Assembly (NCBI GenBank): GCA_023382875.1 | Contig: JAHDXH010000003.1 | Span: 7,608 to 71,607, forward strand | Length of the DNA stretch: 64,000 nucleotides | Source of the DNA: Patescibacteria group bacterium | Lineage (GTDB): Bacteria > Patescibacteriota > Microgenomatia > UBA1400 > PJMF01 | Direction: 5' to 3' | Shown here: in pieces, positions 47,893-56,668 of the stretch | Position numbering within the stretch: the first letter of the stretch is position 1 | How the letters are laid out: each line of letters begins with the position of its first letter | Notes under the pieces: model-generated | What the model saw: the letters and a program-made list of their open reading frames with translations, nothing else | What the model was told of the DNA's origin: nothing | Database searches by the model: none | Made by a program: the position numbers and the translations under genes

Positions 47893-48660
47893 ATGAAAAC
47901 AACAACGAAAAAAATATTGCTTTGGTTGTATTCTGCTGACCCAGCTGAAAATCGTTTAGTCGAAATTGACAATTTGCGCTTGATTTTGCCTGAGTTAAAA
48001 AAGAGTGGCTATAGATCACTCTTAAATTTACTTAAAAACCAACAGTATATTTTTATTGAGTCTATAGTGAGTGACTCAAACACAGCCTTGCCCAGGCAAC
48101 TTAATGTGGTTGGCTTAACAAGCCATGGTAGAGAAGCCTTAAAAGGTCAATTTCCGGTTTTAAAAACTTTAAACGAACCATTTGACGGAGCTTGGACTCT
48201 GATTACCTTTCTAGAGGCTCCTAGTAATGACAAACAATTTAGATACTTAAGACAGTACCTGCTGAATTTTCATTGCGGCCAATTGGCGAGAGGTGCATAT
48301 CTTTACCCAGGATCATTGCCAAATGAGGTTGTTAATACGCTTAATAAGTTGTACGTCGGCAAGGTCTTGGTTACGGGTTTGAAAAGTTGGAATTTTGGCG
48401 ATGAAAGATCAACCATCAGTGAAGTTTTTCATTTGTCTGACCTAAAAAGTGGCTACTCTGGTATTAGCAAAGAAATATATTTAATGCTAAGGAAGTCTGA
48501 TAGACAAAAAAGCATTGAAAATAGAGATAAAAGTGACATTCATTTGGTTTTTGATAGGCTGATGGAATTTCTGACAAACGATTTGGGCTTGCTTCAGTAT
48601 TACTCTCCAGATTCCAAATCTGGCCTTGATCTGTTGTTTCAATTGCAAGACTTATTTTGA
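47893..48660 (+). CDS. Hypothetical protein, possible winged-helix regulator, divergent from giant gene
   Basis: N-terminal ILLWLYSADPAENRLVEIDNLRLILPELKKSGYRSLLNLL resembles a wHTH domain. No other motif recognised. Confidence 0.3.
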   Translation: MKTTTKKILLWLYSADPAENRLVEIDNLRLILPELKKSGYRSLLNLLKNQQYIFIESIVSDSNTALPRQLNVVGLTSHGREALKGQFPVLKTLNEPFDGAWTLITFLEAPSNDKQFRYLRQYLLNFHCGQLARGAYLYPGSLPNEVVNTLNKLYVGKVLVTGLKSWNFGDERSTISEVFHLSDLKSGYSGISKEIYLMLRKSDRQKSIENRDKSDIHLVFDRLMEFLTNDLGLLQYYSPDSKSGLDLLFQLQDLF

Positions 48661-49414
48661 GTTTAACTTTCGGTAATTTTTTTCAATGTTATTTGACACT
48701 CACCTCAGGCATTGGTTTTGGGAGATGTTTAGGTGTTCAATTCTTGGTCTAGTTTGCTTCCTATATCTATTTTCGGGTTTCTATTTTTTTTACAAAATCT
48801 AAAACTAGATTGATATAGTTAGTTGACTTTGTAATCCGAAAATCATGTCTGCGGTAATTAACTACCCAGATGGTGCGGTAATAAATCGGGAATAGTGCGT
48901 TAATACTAATTATTGTCCGCATTAATTAATAATGGATATATAACAGTGCAAAATAATTGCGAAGAACCTATAAGTTAAGTACTTCGGGTGATAATTTGGG
49001 GAAGTCGTTGGGATAGCTACTCTCACCATGGCATTAAAGTTATAAATAATTTTAAAGTGTTGTTTATAAATAGTTATAAGATTTTTACATCTGGGTTGAA
49101 TTGTTAATCTTGATGCAATTTTTGGCAATTATTGCTCCTTATTTGCTAACCAATGAGGTTTTATGGCTGAATGACCTGAATTGGGATAACAGTGAGGGTT
49201 TCTATAAATCAAAGCCGTTTTTGGTCAATCTATTCAGTTTTTCTACTTGAGTAAGTGGAACATATTTGGCAACCAAGTTATATCTTTTGCTAATTGTCGA
49301 CCATCAATAAAAAAGCTTGATCGATTGAGGAAGCTTGATTACTATTGGCTAGTCAGTTTCGGGGAATTGGTAAAAGAACGTTAACGATAATATGTTTCGC
49401 TCTTTATTAGTTAC

Positions 49415-51487
49415 TCAATTGAATAACTCGTCGTATAAATCTAGCACTGGTTCCATAACGATTGCGATGTCTTGAGTTTTATTAGTAGCGTCTACCTGGT
49501 AGAAACTCATGGTATTGGCGATTTCTTGCCAGACATAGCCTGTCATTATGACTTCTAAGTGGTAAATTCCTTTGTCTGCGTAAACTTTGAATTGACCAGA
49601 TTTACTGGTGGTCAAGACTGTAACCAACTGGTTAGTATTTGGATCAATAATTCTGACGACGGCATTTTCGAGTGGTTTCTTGTCTTTATCGACCACAATG
49701 CCCGTGATAATAGGCCTTTTGGTTAGCCAAATTAGCTTTTGTAAAACTAATACCAGATAAAAAAGCAGTACAATGCCATTCCAAATTGTAGGGAAGACGG
49801 TAAAAAGGATGGCTGAGATTATAAATAAAGGAATAGTTAGATGCTTGATGATTCTGGTAAATCCAGACAAAAGTACCCTCAACTTGGTTTTGAATGCCGT
49901 TTTTTGTGATTTAACCTTTGGGTCAACGGGGATTAAAAAGAGCTGCTGTTCGTTCTCAGAAGTAACATTAAAGACTTCCCCCAGATAGTAGTCTTTAAAC
50001 TGCATATACGGTGGCCTTTTCTTAGTGGAAGGGAAAGTGTAGTCCTGATGCGACACGACAATCCTATAAAGTCCTGATGCCAATTTAATTCCTCTATAAA
50101 CACCATCTACGTCAGTAACTACAGTTTCTGAGATTTGATTATCTGAATTTTCTGAATATATAGTTAGCAAGGCAAAAGAAACTGGTTGAAAAGTCTCTGA
50201 GTTGAAAACAATTCCTTGTGGTTTGCCAGCAGGCAATAAGCCAAGAGACTGGAGTAATTTTAGGAATAACTGTAGAGATAAACTGCCTCCAAACTGTGCA
50301 CCTACGGCCAAGGCGGTGGCGACTGGTAGAGCAGTGGCGACTACAGCGGCAGAAATCGGTGCTAGTTCTTGAATAGTTTTAATAACTCCCTCAGGAATCA
50401 GCGAAATCAAAACCTTGATTGGTTCGGGTAATCTTTCGCCAATTTCTTGCCAGATTTCGTATATAACCTCTCGAGGTGGAGTATAGGGTATTTCGATGAC
50501 TGGAGGGGTTGGCGAAGCCTCAGTGCTAACGGTTGGTTCAGGGCTTAACCCTGGAGTTGCCGAGGGGGTAGGGCTAATGGTTGGAGATGGGGAAGGTGAA
50601 GCTGGAGGAACCACAATGACTAATTCCTTGACTACAAATTGAACATTATTAAGAACACTAACCAAGCCAGCTGGATCAGTAATAGTAAAGTCCAGGGTAA
50701 TAATGTCGCCTCGATTAAAAATACCCAGTTGCAATGACCAGTTGCCATTGGCATCGATGGTCGTAGTGTAGATCTGAACAGGGTCATTGGGCGAATAAAC
50801 AGTCAAAACGACAGTGCTATTCGGTTCACCTGTCGCTGTAATAAGTGGCTCATTATTTTCAAGTTCAATTGGGCTTGAGGGAATAGTACTCAGGTCTTGA
50901 GCTGAAATGTTGGTGTTAACCTCACCAATGCTGTTAATAATGAAAGTTGGGGCCAAAGTATCAATAATAAAGCTCCATGTCGCCGACTCAGAGTAGTTGT
51001 TGTTGATGTCGTAAACCCTGATTTTCCAGCTATATGTGCCATCACTAATGCCATTCTTCAGTTGAAGGGAGTATTCGCCGTTTAAAGTGTCGTGAGTATA
51101 GATATAGTTACCGTTTTCTTGATTACCAGTTGGTAAGTTGTCATAAAGTAAGTTTCCATTGAGCCAGAGTTGGTATTTGGCTATGCCTCGATCATCGCTT
51201 GATTCCTCCCAGCGAAAAGTCGGAGTACTTGTGGTGACATAGCTATTATTCTCAGGAGAAATGAGGATTGGAGTGGTGGGATTGGTGTTATCTACGACTT
51301 TTAAAGTGACATGAGCGCTTTCGGTGGCAATTGACTGAGCGGCGAAAGTTTGGCTGGGATACGTTTCTTGTCCACCAAAGAAGTTGGGGAATAAGCTGAG
51401 TACAAATATACTTGAGAAAACAAAAACAACGAGTAGTTTTTTTACTCTAGAAATACTGGTAAAAAATTGTTGTTTTGGCACATACAT
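49415..51487 (-). CDS. Secreted/membrane multi-domain surface protein: signal peptide, Ig/Fn3-like domains, Pro/Ser/Thr linker, TM helices, C-terminal carboxypeptidase-regulatory-like (transthyretin-fold) domain
   Basis: N-terminal hydrophobic signal. A PPASPSPSPTISPTPSATPGLSPEPT linker. Two hydrophobic stretches (aa about 380-420 and about 555-600). The C-terminus (VVDKDKKPLENAVVRIIDPNTNQLV...SGQFKV) is typical of the CarboxypepD_reg-like fold. Last gene of the surface operon. Confidence 0.45.
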   Translation of the reverse strand: MYVPKQQFFTSISRVKKLLVVFVFSSIFVLSLFPNFFGGQETYPSQTFAAQSIATESAHVTLKVVDNTNPTTPILISPENNSYVTTSTPTFRWEESSDDRGIAKYQLWLNGNLLYDNLPTGNQENGNYIYTHDTLNGEYSLQLKNGISDGTYSWKIRVYDINNNYSESATWSFIIDTLAPTFIINSIGEVNTNISAQDLSTIPSSPIELENNEPLITATGEPNSTVVLTVYSPNDPVQIYTTTIDANGNWSLQLGIFNRGDIITLDFTITDPAGLVSVLNNVQFVVKELVIVVPPASPSPSPTISPTPSATPGLSPEPTVSTEASPTPPVIEIPYTPPREVIYEIWQEIGERLPEPIKVLISLIPEGVIKTIQELAPISAAVVATALPVATALAVGAQFGGSLSLQLFLKLLQSLGLLPAGKPQGIVFNSETFQPVSFALLTIYSENSDNQISETVVTDVDGVYRGIKLASGLYRIVVSHQDYTFPSTKKRPPYMQFKDYYLGEVFNVTSENEQQLFLIPVDPKVKSQKTAFKTKLRVLLSGFTRIIKHLTIPLFIISAILFTVFPTIWNGIVLLFYLVLVLQKLIWLTKRPIITGIVVDKDKKPLENAVVRIIDPNTNQLVTVLTTSKSGQFKVYADKGIYHLEVIMTGYVWQEIANTMSFYQVDATNKTQDIAIVMEPVLDLYDELFN

Positions 51488-51502
51488 TAACTACTTTTGC
51501 CA

Positions 51503-52576
51503 TCATTCATCAAACTTACTCAATCTGTCTTGCTCGAGTTTGGCAATTTTTTCTTCAAGCATCTGCATGCGTTGCTTTTCGGCGTCCTTTTTATGAAGTA
51601 AGTGTCGGCGCACAGCAATGAAGATGACGACTAAGGTGAGGATAACGACTAATCCAGCGATAACAAGAGTAATTGGGAGAAGCCAGAATGTCGTATTTAC
51701 GATTGCAACTTGTCCGCCAGTGCCGTAGGACATGATTAATTTGGCTTTATAAAAACCGCTACCCCAAACAGCATCCCATTGACCAGTGAAAGTTCTCGAG
51801 ACCATAGGGAAGACATTTTTTGATTCAATGGCAATGGTATCAACCTTCATTCCTAGAAGATTATAGATTTCGATGCTAATCTCCGGTTTGATATGAATAT
51901 CAGATTGGTTATCAACCATGAATGAGAAAGGCACTGGTCCATATTCTGTAAAACGAGGCATGGTGAAGTCACGGACAAAAGCTTCTTCGTTGATTGGTCC
52001 ATCAACAACCACATAGAGTAGAGTGCCAACGCGTTGAGAGATGATTGAGGAAGCGCTATCTTGGAATTTTTCGCCATTTAGGCCAACAGGTTTGTGGGTA
52101 ATCATGGCGTAGTGGCCACCTGGAAGCGCATCGGCTGGAACATCAATGATAACGTTGATGATGCCTGTTTGTCTTGGTTGGAGAACTTGGAAATCTGGGG
52201 CGAGAACGAGCCAGTTTTTAAGACTCCAGCGATAATCGACTTCTTCAGTTACTGCTACTGGGGTTTCACCATCATCACCAATCACAAAGTCATCAATAGC
52301 AGTATTAATGGTGAAGGCCTTATTGGAATTGTTACGAACTTTGACTGCCGTTTGGAGTTTTTTTCCTGGAGTACCCTTAAGACTTAAGTCATCACCTAAG
52401 CGTGGTGGCATGGCTGTTAGAGTAATGGATTCGTCAGTGACAGGTGCTTGGGTATTAGTATTTTGGGCAGAATCAGTATTTGGTTGTTCTTGAGCTGCCG
52501 CTTGAGCGAAAATTGTCGGCGCAAAAATACCAGTAAGAATGGCAAATAAACTTAGGGCAGTAATTAGTTTTCTCAT
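51503..52576 (-). CDS. DUF916-like cell-surface protein with C-terminal TM anchor (CscA-like)
   Basis: Signal peptide, then ITLTAMPPRLGDDLSLKGTPGKKLQTAVKVRNNSNKAFTINTAIDDFVIGDDGE. This resembles the DUF916 N-terminal pattern (F.V.P..P.NQ....YFDL.V.PG..Q.L.V.L.N.S.K). A C-terminal TM helix and a charged cytoplasmic tail follow. Confidence 0.45.
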   Translation of the reverse strand: MRKLITALSLFAILTGIFAPTIFAQAAAQEQPNTDSAQNTNTQAPVTDESITLTAMPPRLGDDLSLKGTPGKKLQTAVKVRNNSNKAFTINTAIDDFVIGDDGETPVAVTEEVDYRWSLKNWLVLAPDFQVLQPRQTGIINVIIDVPADALPGGHYAMITHKPVGLNGEKFQDSASSIISQRVGTLLYVVVDGPINEEAFVRDFTMPRFTEYGPVPFSFMVDNQSDIHIKPEISIEIYNLLGMKVDTIAIESKNVFPMVSRTFTGQWDAVWGSGFYKAKLIMSYGTGGQVAIVNTTFWLLPITLVIAGLVVILTLVVIFIAVRRHLLHKKDAEKQRMQMLEEKIAKLEQDRLSKFDE

Positions 52577-52581
52577 GTTAT

Positions 52582-54036
52582 TTAGAATGTGGCAGTGGCT
52601 GTATAGGTGACATAGTTTTCGTAGTCACCAGCAGCTGTGGTCACATTGGGCAGCACTCTATAACAGACATTAATATTTTCGTTGTCAGCGACAGTGGTAG
52701 AGGAGAAAATCATTTGTGCTGCTTGTGAGTCTTCAGCATCGGCAAATTGGCGTGCACAGTAGGTGCCGCCGGCACAGTTGCCTGTAGTTGTGTTGTAGTT
52801 AAAAGGAATGGTGTTGGCATCGCCATTGTGAATGGAGAAGGCAAAGCCTTTGGTAGAAAGAGAATCCCAATTATCAAAAGCAGTGTGACTCATGACCGCG
52901 TCATCACCAGCAGAGTCTCGAATACAGCTTGTTCCAGTGTTATCACCGGTACAAGTAGCTCCGTTGAGTCCAAGCTGATCATTTTCGATGGCTGTCACCG
53001 CATAGCCGTTTACCGCGTTGGTGGTAACGGTTAATGTTTGCGCAGCATCGTTAAAAGCACCGATGGAAACTTCACCAAATGGCACGGCGGCGGCAGAAGT
53101 AGTCACGTCGGTGGTAATACCGCAGGTGCTGGTGCCTGAGTTGACGCCGGCAATAGTGAAGGAAATGGTTGGTGGAACATAGGCGGAAATTTTAACGGCT
53201 TCAATGACGCCAACGGCGACTGAAGTGTAGTCGTCAACATTAAATCCTGAATCAAGCTGTTGGATGACAATGTTTTGAGTATCGGCCGTACCTGTCACGT
53301 GACCTGATTCTGGGGCAGGGTTGATGATGTTGCTGATAATAATTGCACCTTGGCTTGTTCCGTTAAATTGAGTGCCAACACCACCTGTGCCTGAATAGGC
53401 ACATTCATATGAATGGTACTGAGTGCTACCAATAGTGATTGCTGAGGCGGTAGCTGTTCCAGCAACAAAGTCATAGCCAGAGAGGTCTCCTGGACAGGTA
53501 ACTGTTGGAGCAGAAGAACCAAAGTCATAAAGGTCTGAGTCTGGAATTCCATCGGCAGCATCAGTATCGCTAGCAAGAGAAGGAACTAAGATGCGGAAAC
53601 GGCCATTGTTGATAGCGGTGGCAGTGGTAAAGCGAACAGTAAGACTGGCTGATTGGGTAGAGATGACCTCGTCATCTAAATCAGCATCCCCAGCTGCTAA
53701 AGTACTGCCAATGGTAAAGGCGCTAGTTGGGTTGGTGGTGCTAACTGTATAAACGCCCAGTGAATCGGCATTGCCAATGGCAACACCGTCTCCATTTTGA
53801 AGTTGAGCAGTAGAGAGTGATGGCTGGCCTGAGGAAGTGTTAATTGTAACTTGAGAAGTTCCGGCAACGTTATTGCCATCTAGGGTGCCACGAAAAGAAA
53901 GTCTGGGATTAGACAAAGTTACTGAGACACTGGTAAGACTAGCCGATTTGACGCTATTCAATAAACTAGCACCCAAAAAAATTGCGGGTACCAAAAAAAC
54001 CGCCAAAATCCGCTTATTGCTGAACTTGTTACTCAT
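52582..54036 (-). CDS. Secreted Gly/Thr/Ser-rich surface protein with WxL-like (W to Y) C-terminal motif
   Basis: Signal peptide. Ends with TAAGDYENYVTYTATATF, closely paralleling the C-terminus of the 55028 protein and the WxL-domain terminal G.Y....TWTL pattern. Confidence 0.4.
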   Translation of the reverse strand: MSNKFSNKRILAVFLVPAIFLGASLLNSVKSASLTSVSVTLSNPRLSFRGTLDGNNVAGTSQVTINTSSGQPSLSTAQLQNGDGVAIGNADSLGVYTVSTTNPTSAFTIGSTLAAGDADLDDEVISTQSASLTVRFTTATAINNGRFRILVPSLASDTDAADGIPDSDLYDFGSSAPTVTCPGDLSGYDFVAGTATASAITIGSTQYHSYECAYSGTGGVGTQFNGTSQGAIIISNIINPAPESGHVTGTADTQNIVIQQLDSGFNVDDYTSVAVGVIEAVKISAYVPPTISFTIAGVNSGTSTCGITTDVTTSAAAVPFGEVSIGAFNDAAQTLTVTTNAVNGYAVTAIENDQLGLNGATCTGDNTGTSCIRDSAGDDAVMSHTAFDNWDSLSTKGFAFSIHNGDANTIPFNYNTTTGNCAGGTYCARQFADAEDSQAAQMIFSSTTVADNENINVCYRVLPNVTTAAGDYENYVTYTATATF

Positions 54037-55015
54037 TTTTTTCCACCTTTTTCACGCCTTTGGTTTTATCCAATAGGACTCTATATAAAGAATACAGTAG
54101 GTAACCAATTAATGGCAATAGTAATATTGAAAAAGGTAGAGCAAGAATTGTCCTAGACATGGTAACTTTTTCTGCGCCTACTTGAGAGTTTTTATTTAGT
54201 TCAATTTTTATTTTGTATAAGCCGATCAGGAAGGGTTTTTTATATCTAAATTCATTAGAAACAAATTCTTTCTCTCTTAACTCTCTAGAACTTCCGGAAA
54301 GAATCATGTCTGGGTGGATTTCATACTTTGCTAGCTCTTTATTTTGCCAGTTATAAAGAGTAGCACTGCCACTAGCTTGGGTGGCATTTTTGCCAATGTT
54401 TTCTGCCATAGCCCCAAACTTTATGCCCATAAAACTATCAATGGTGGGTAAGGAAGAAATATTTTTTACCCTCAACTCGCCTCGATCAGAATTGTTTCTG
54501 GTAACTAAGACAATTAAGTTGCTGCCGACGGTACCAGTGATCTTAGCCTGGGAGTTGGGGACTTTGGGGTCGATTTGGTTTTTGAAACTGAAGAAAATAG
54601 TCATAGCGTATTCTTCTTCATTGGCATTTTTGGGAATTTCAATGTTGACGGGAACAATCATTTTTTGACGAGGTTCGAGTACAAAATTACTACCAAAGTT
54701 AATTTGTCCATCGTCCAATTTTAAGTAAGGAAAAGTGCCGCTAGATTTGACTACTGGTTGGCCGGTTTTATCATCCGCTTCGAAATCAAGTAGGGTTGGC
54801 GTGACTTCTAAGGCGTTTTCGCCTAAATTCTCGAGTTTAATATCATATTTTCCCACCTCTCCAGGCTTAATGGAAAAGTAATTGACTGGTGGTGAAACCG
54901 ATAGGTCGATGGGAGAGGTAGTAACTGCATTGGCTCCTGAAACAAAAGGTCTAAGCAAAAATAATAGAGCCAAAGTCAGGGCAAAAATAAAGTTTTTTTT
55001 ATGATTAGGTTTCAT
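54029..55015 (-). CDS. DUF916-like cell-surface protein with C-terminal TM anchor (second CscA-like)
   Basis: Signal peptide, then IDLSVSPPVNYFSIKPGEVGKYDIKLENLGENALEVTP (DUF916-like pattern). A C-terminal TM helix and a basic tail follow. Confidence 0.45.
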   Translation of the reverse strand: MKPNHKKNFIFALTLALLFLLRPFVSGANAVTTSPIDLSVSPPVNYFSIKPGEVGKYDIKLENLGENALEVTPTLLDFEADDKTGQPVVKSSGTFPYLKLDDGQINFGSNFVLEPRQKMIVPVNIEIPKNANEEEYAMTIFFSFKNQIDPKVPNSQAKITGTVGSNLIVLVTRNNSDRGELRVKNISSLPTIDSFMGIKFGAMAENIGKNATQASGSATLYNWQNKELAKYEIHPDMILSGSSRELREKEFVSNEFRYKKPFLIGLYKIKIELNKNSQVGAEKVTMSRTILALPFSILLLPLIGYLLYSLYRVLLDKTKGVKKVEKNE

Positions 55016-55027
55016 TTTATTTACGCC

Positions 55028-55780
55028 TTAGTATCCAGGTACAGCAATATAAACTACGTTGGTTTCATAGTCTCCAGCAGCCTGTGATCCGCTGATTCCA
55101 GCTTTATAGGTAACGGTAGCCGTCCTATCCTTGGCAATGTTGTTAGAACTCATTACCACCTGCATTTGATCGGAGGCGCTGTCATCAGCAAAGGGTCTGA
55201 AGTAGGTGCTGTTGATAAAATCAGCAGGAACGTCATCGCCAGACATGTTGTAGCCAAAGCCAGGGATAGAGGTGTTGTTCCAGACCCCAGCGGTGGAAAT
55301 AGTACAAGTGCCACTATTGCAGGCAGTGTCGGCAATATCGGGCGTGCCGTTAATGTGTCTTAAAGGATGTTTTTCATAAGCATAAACGTAATAGCCACCA
55401 GCTCCTTTAGTATTGACAATTAAATCGTGGGTAGCAGTGGCGTGAGAGCCGAGGGCCAATTCTCCAAGCTCGACAGAAACATCGGTAATCCTGAAGGAGA
55501 AAGTATCAATAGTGTAAATATATTGGAAACCGCCGCCAATGACGTAGTTGGAGCTTCCATATTGGCCATACGGACCATTAGCAATCTGGCCGACTGTGTC
55601 GGTGACATTGTAACTAGCACTGCTTTTCTCTCCTGAGGTGACGTTGAAGTTGCCAAAAGTCACGACATAAGACTCTGACTCCAATCTTTCAGAGTAGACA
55701 AGGCCACTAGCGAGAAGCAAAAAACAACCAGCGCTTAGAGAAGCGATGGCGATTTTAGCTGATTTGTTTCTACTCATCAT
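55028..55780 (-). CDS. Secreted surface protein with WxL-like (W to Y) C-terminal motif
   Basis: Signal peptide. Ends with QAAGDYETNVVYIAVPGY, shared with the 52582 protein. Confidence 0.4.
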   Translation of the reverse strand: MMSRNKSAKIAIASLSAGCFLLLASGLVYSERLESESYVVTFGNFNVTSGEKSSASYNVTDTVGQIANGPYGQYGSSNYVIGGGFQYIYTIDTFSFRITDVSVELGELALGSHATATHDLIVNTKGAGGYYVYAYEKHPLRHINGTPDIADTACNSGTCTISTAGVWNNTSIPGFGYNMSGDDVPADFINSTYFRPFADDSASDQMQVVMSSNNIAKDRTATVTYKAGISGSQAAGDYETNVVYIAVPGY

Positions 55781-56450
55781 TGCGGCTCTTTTGCAAAAAT
55801 TTACTAATTTCCATTTGCATGATTAAAATCTGACCCATGATGGCGGAGCGGTTTTTTTCGGCGTTCAAGCTCATGTCTTTGATTTGAACTAGTTTGGGTT
55901 GAATAAAATTGCTTAATAGGTTGACTAGCTGGCGTTGTTCGTTGAGGCTGTTGGTGAGAGCAATTTCTTCACCCCGATTAATTCTTTTTTCTTTTTGCAA
56001 GCCCTCGTATTGATTTTTGGTGAAGAGGAATAAAACAACTAAGACAGGAATAGTAAGGAGTGTGGAGATCAATTGGGTTTGGTTGGAACCACCCAAAGCA
56101 TAGTGGAAAACAGCTAAAAATAAACTGGTGGTAATGCTAGTGCTGGTTTGGGTGGAGAAGACTAAGAAAAATAAATGAATGTAAGTTAAAGGAAAGATTA
56201 CTGAGTCAAGATTGCCTGTATAGCCGATGATCAATAAAAAGGCAAAGGTTGCCAAAATCATCTCAAAAGACTGAGCGGCTGGGGCAATGTGCCAAAGCTT
56301 AGATTTGCTCATGCGTTTGAGGACAAAATATAAGGCAACCGATAGGGCAAAGACTTGCAATGTAAAGTACGACAAAGCTGAGGTATGCAACCACCAATAA
56401 ACAAAGCCAATTGTTATGGCTAATAGAAGTGTCTGAATATGGGCAGACAT
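55770..56450 (-). CDS. Polytopic membrane protein (about 5 TM) with cytoplasmic C-terminal tail, first gene of the surface operon
   Basis: Hydropathy read from the translation. It overlaps the next gene by 11 nt. No recognised motif. Confidence 0.4.
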   Translation of the reverse strand: MSAHIQTLLLAITIGFVYWWLHTSALSYFTLQVFALSVALYFVLKRMSKSKLWHIAPAAQSFEMILATFAFLLIIGYTGNLDSVIFPLTYIHLFFLVFSTQTSTSITTSLFLAVFHYALGGSNQTQLISTLLTIPVLVVLFLFTKNQYEGLQKEKRINRGEEIALTNSLNEQRQLVNLLSNFIQPKLVQIKDMSLNAEKNRSAIMGQILIMQMEISKFLQKSRNDE

Positions 56451-56604
56451 GAATTAAGTATAAGATGGAAAGGGGAGTCATGACTAGTATGGATCATGAC
56501 TGTGTTATACTACTCAAGTCATGAAAGCAATTTCACTTGCTAGCCTTCTCCTTCTTAAGCCATAATGTGGTGGGAGATTGGTGTCGTGATAGATCTCCCG
56601 CAAG

Positions 56605-56625
56605 GGAGTTTTTTTGTAGTTTTAA
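56605..56625 (+). promoter_or_regulatory. Terminator-like hairpin (CTCCC-GCAA-GGGAG + T7) in the leuS leader, candidate attenuator
   Basis: Perfect 5-bp GC-rich stem with a GNRA-like GCAA loop and seven T residues, 44 nt upstream of the leuS ATG. No plus-strand gene upstream could need terminating. Confidence 0.4.
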
Positions 56626-56668
56626 TATTAATTTAGAAGAAATATTTAGCCTGAACTGGCAAAGAAAA

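Noticed and set aside
56537-56668. ORF-track N-terminal extension of leuS (MLAFSFLSHNVVGDWCRDRSPAREFF...)
   Set aside because: The extension has no RBS and overlaps a terminator-like hairpin. LeuS homology begins at the ATG at 56669.
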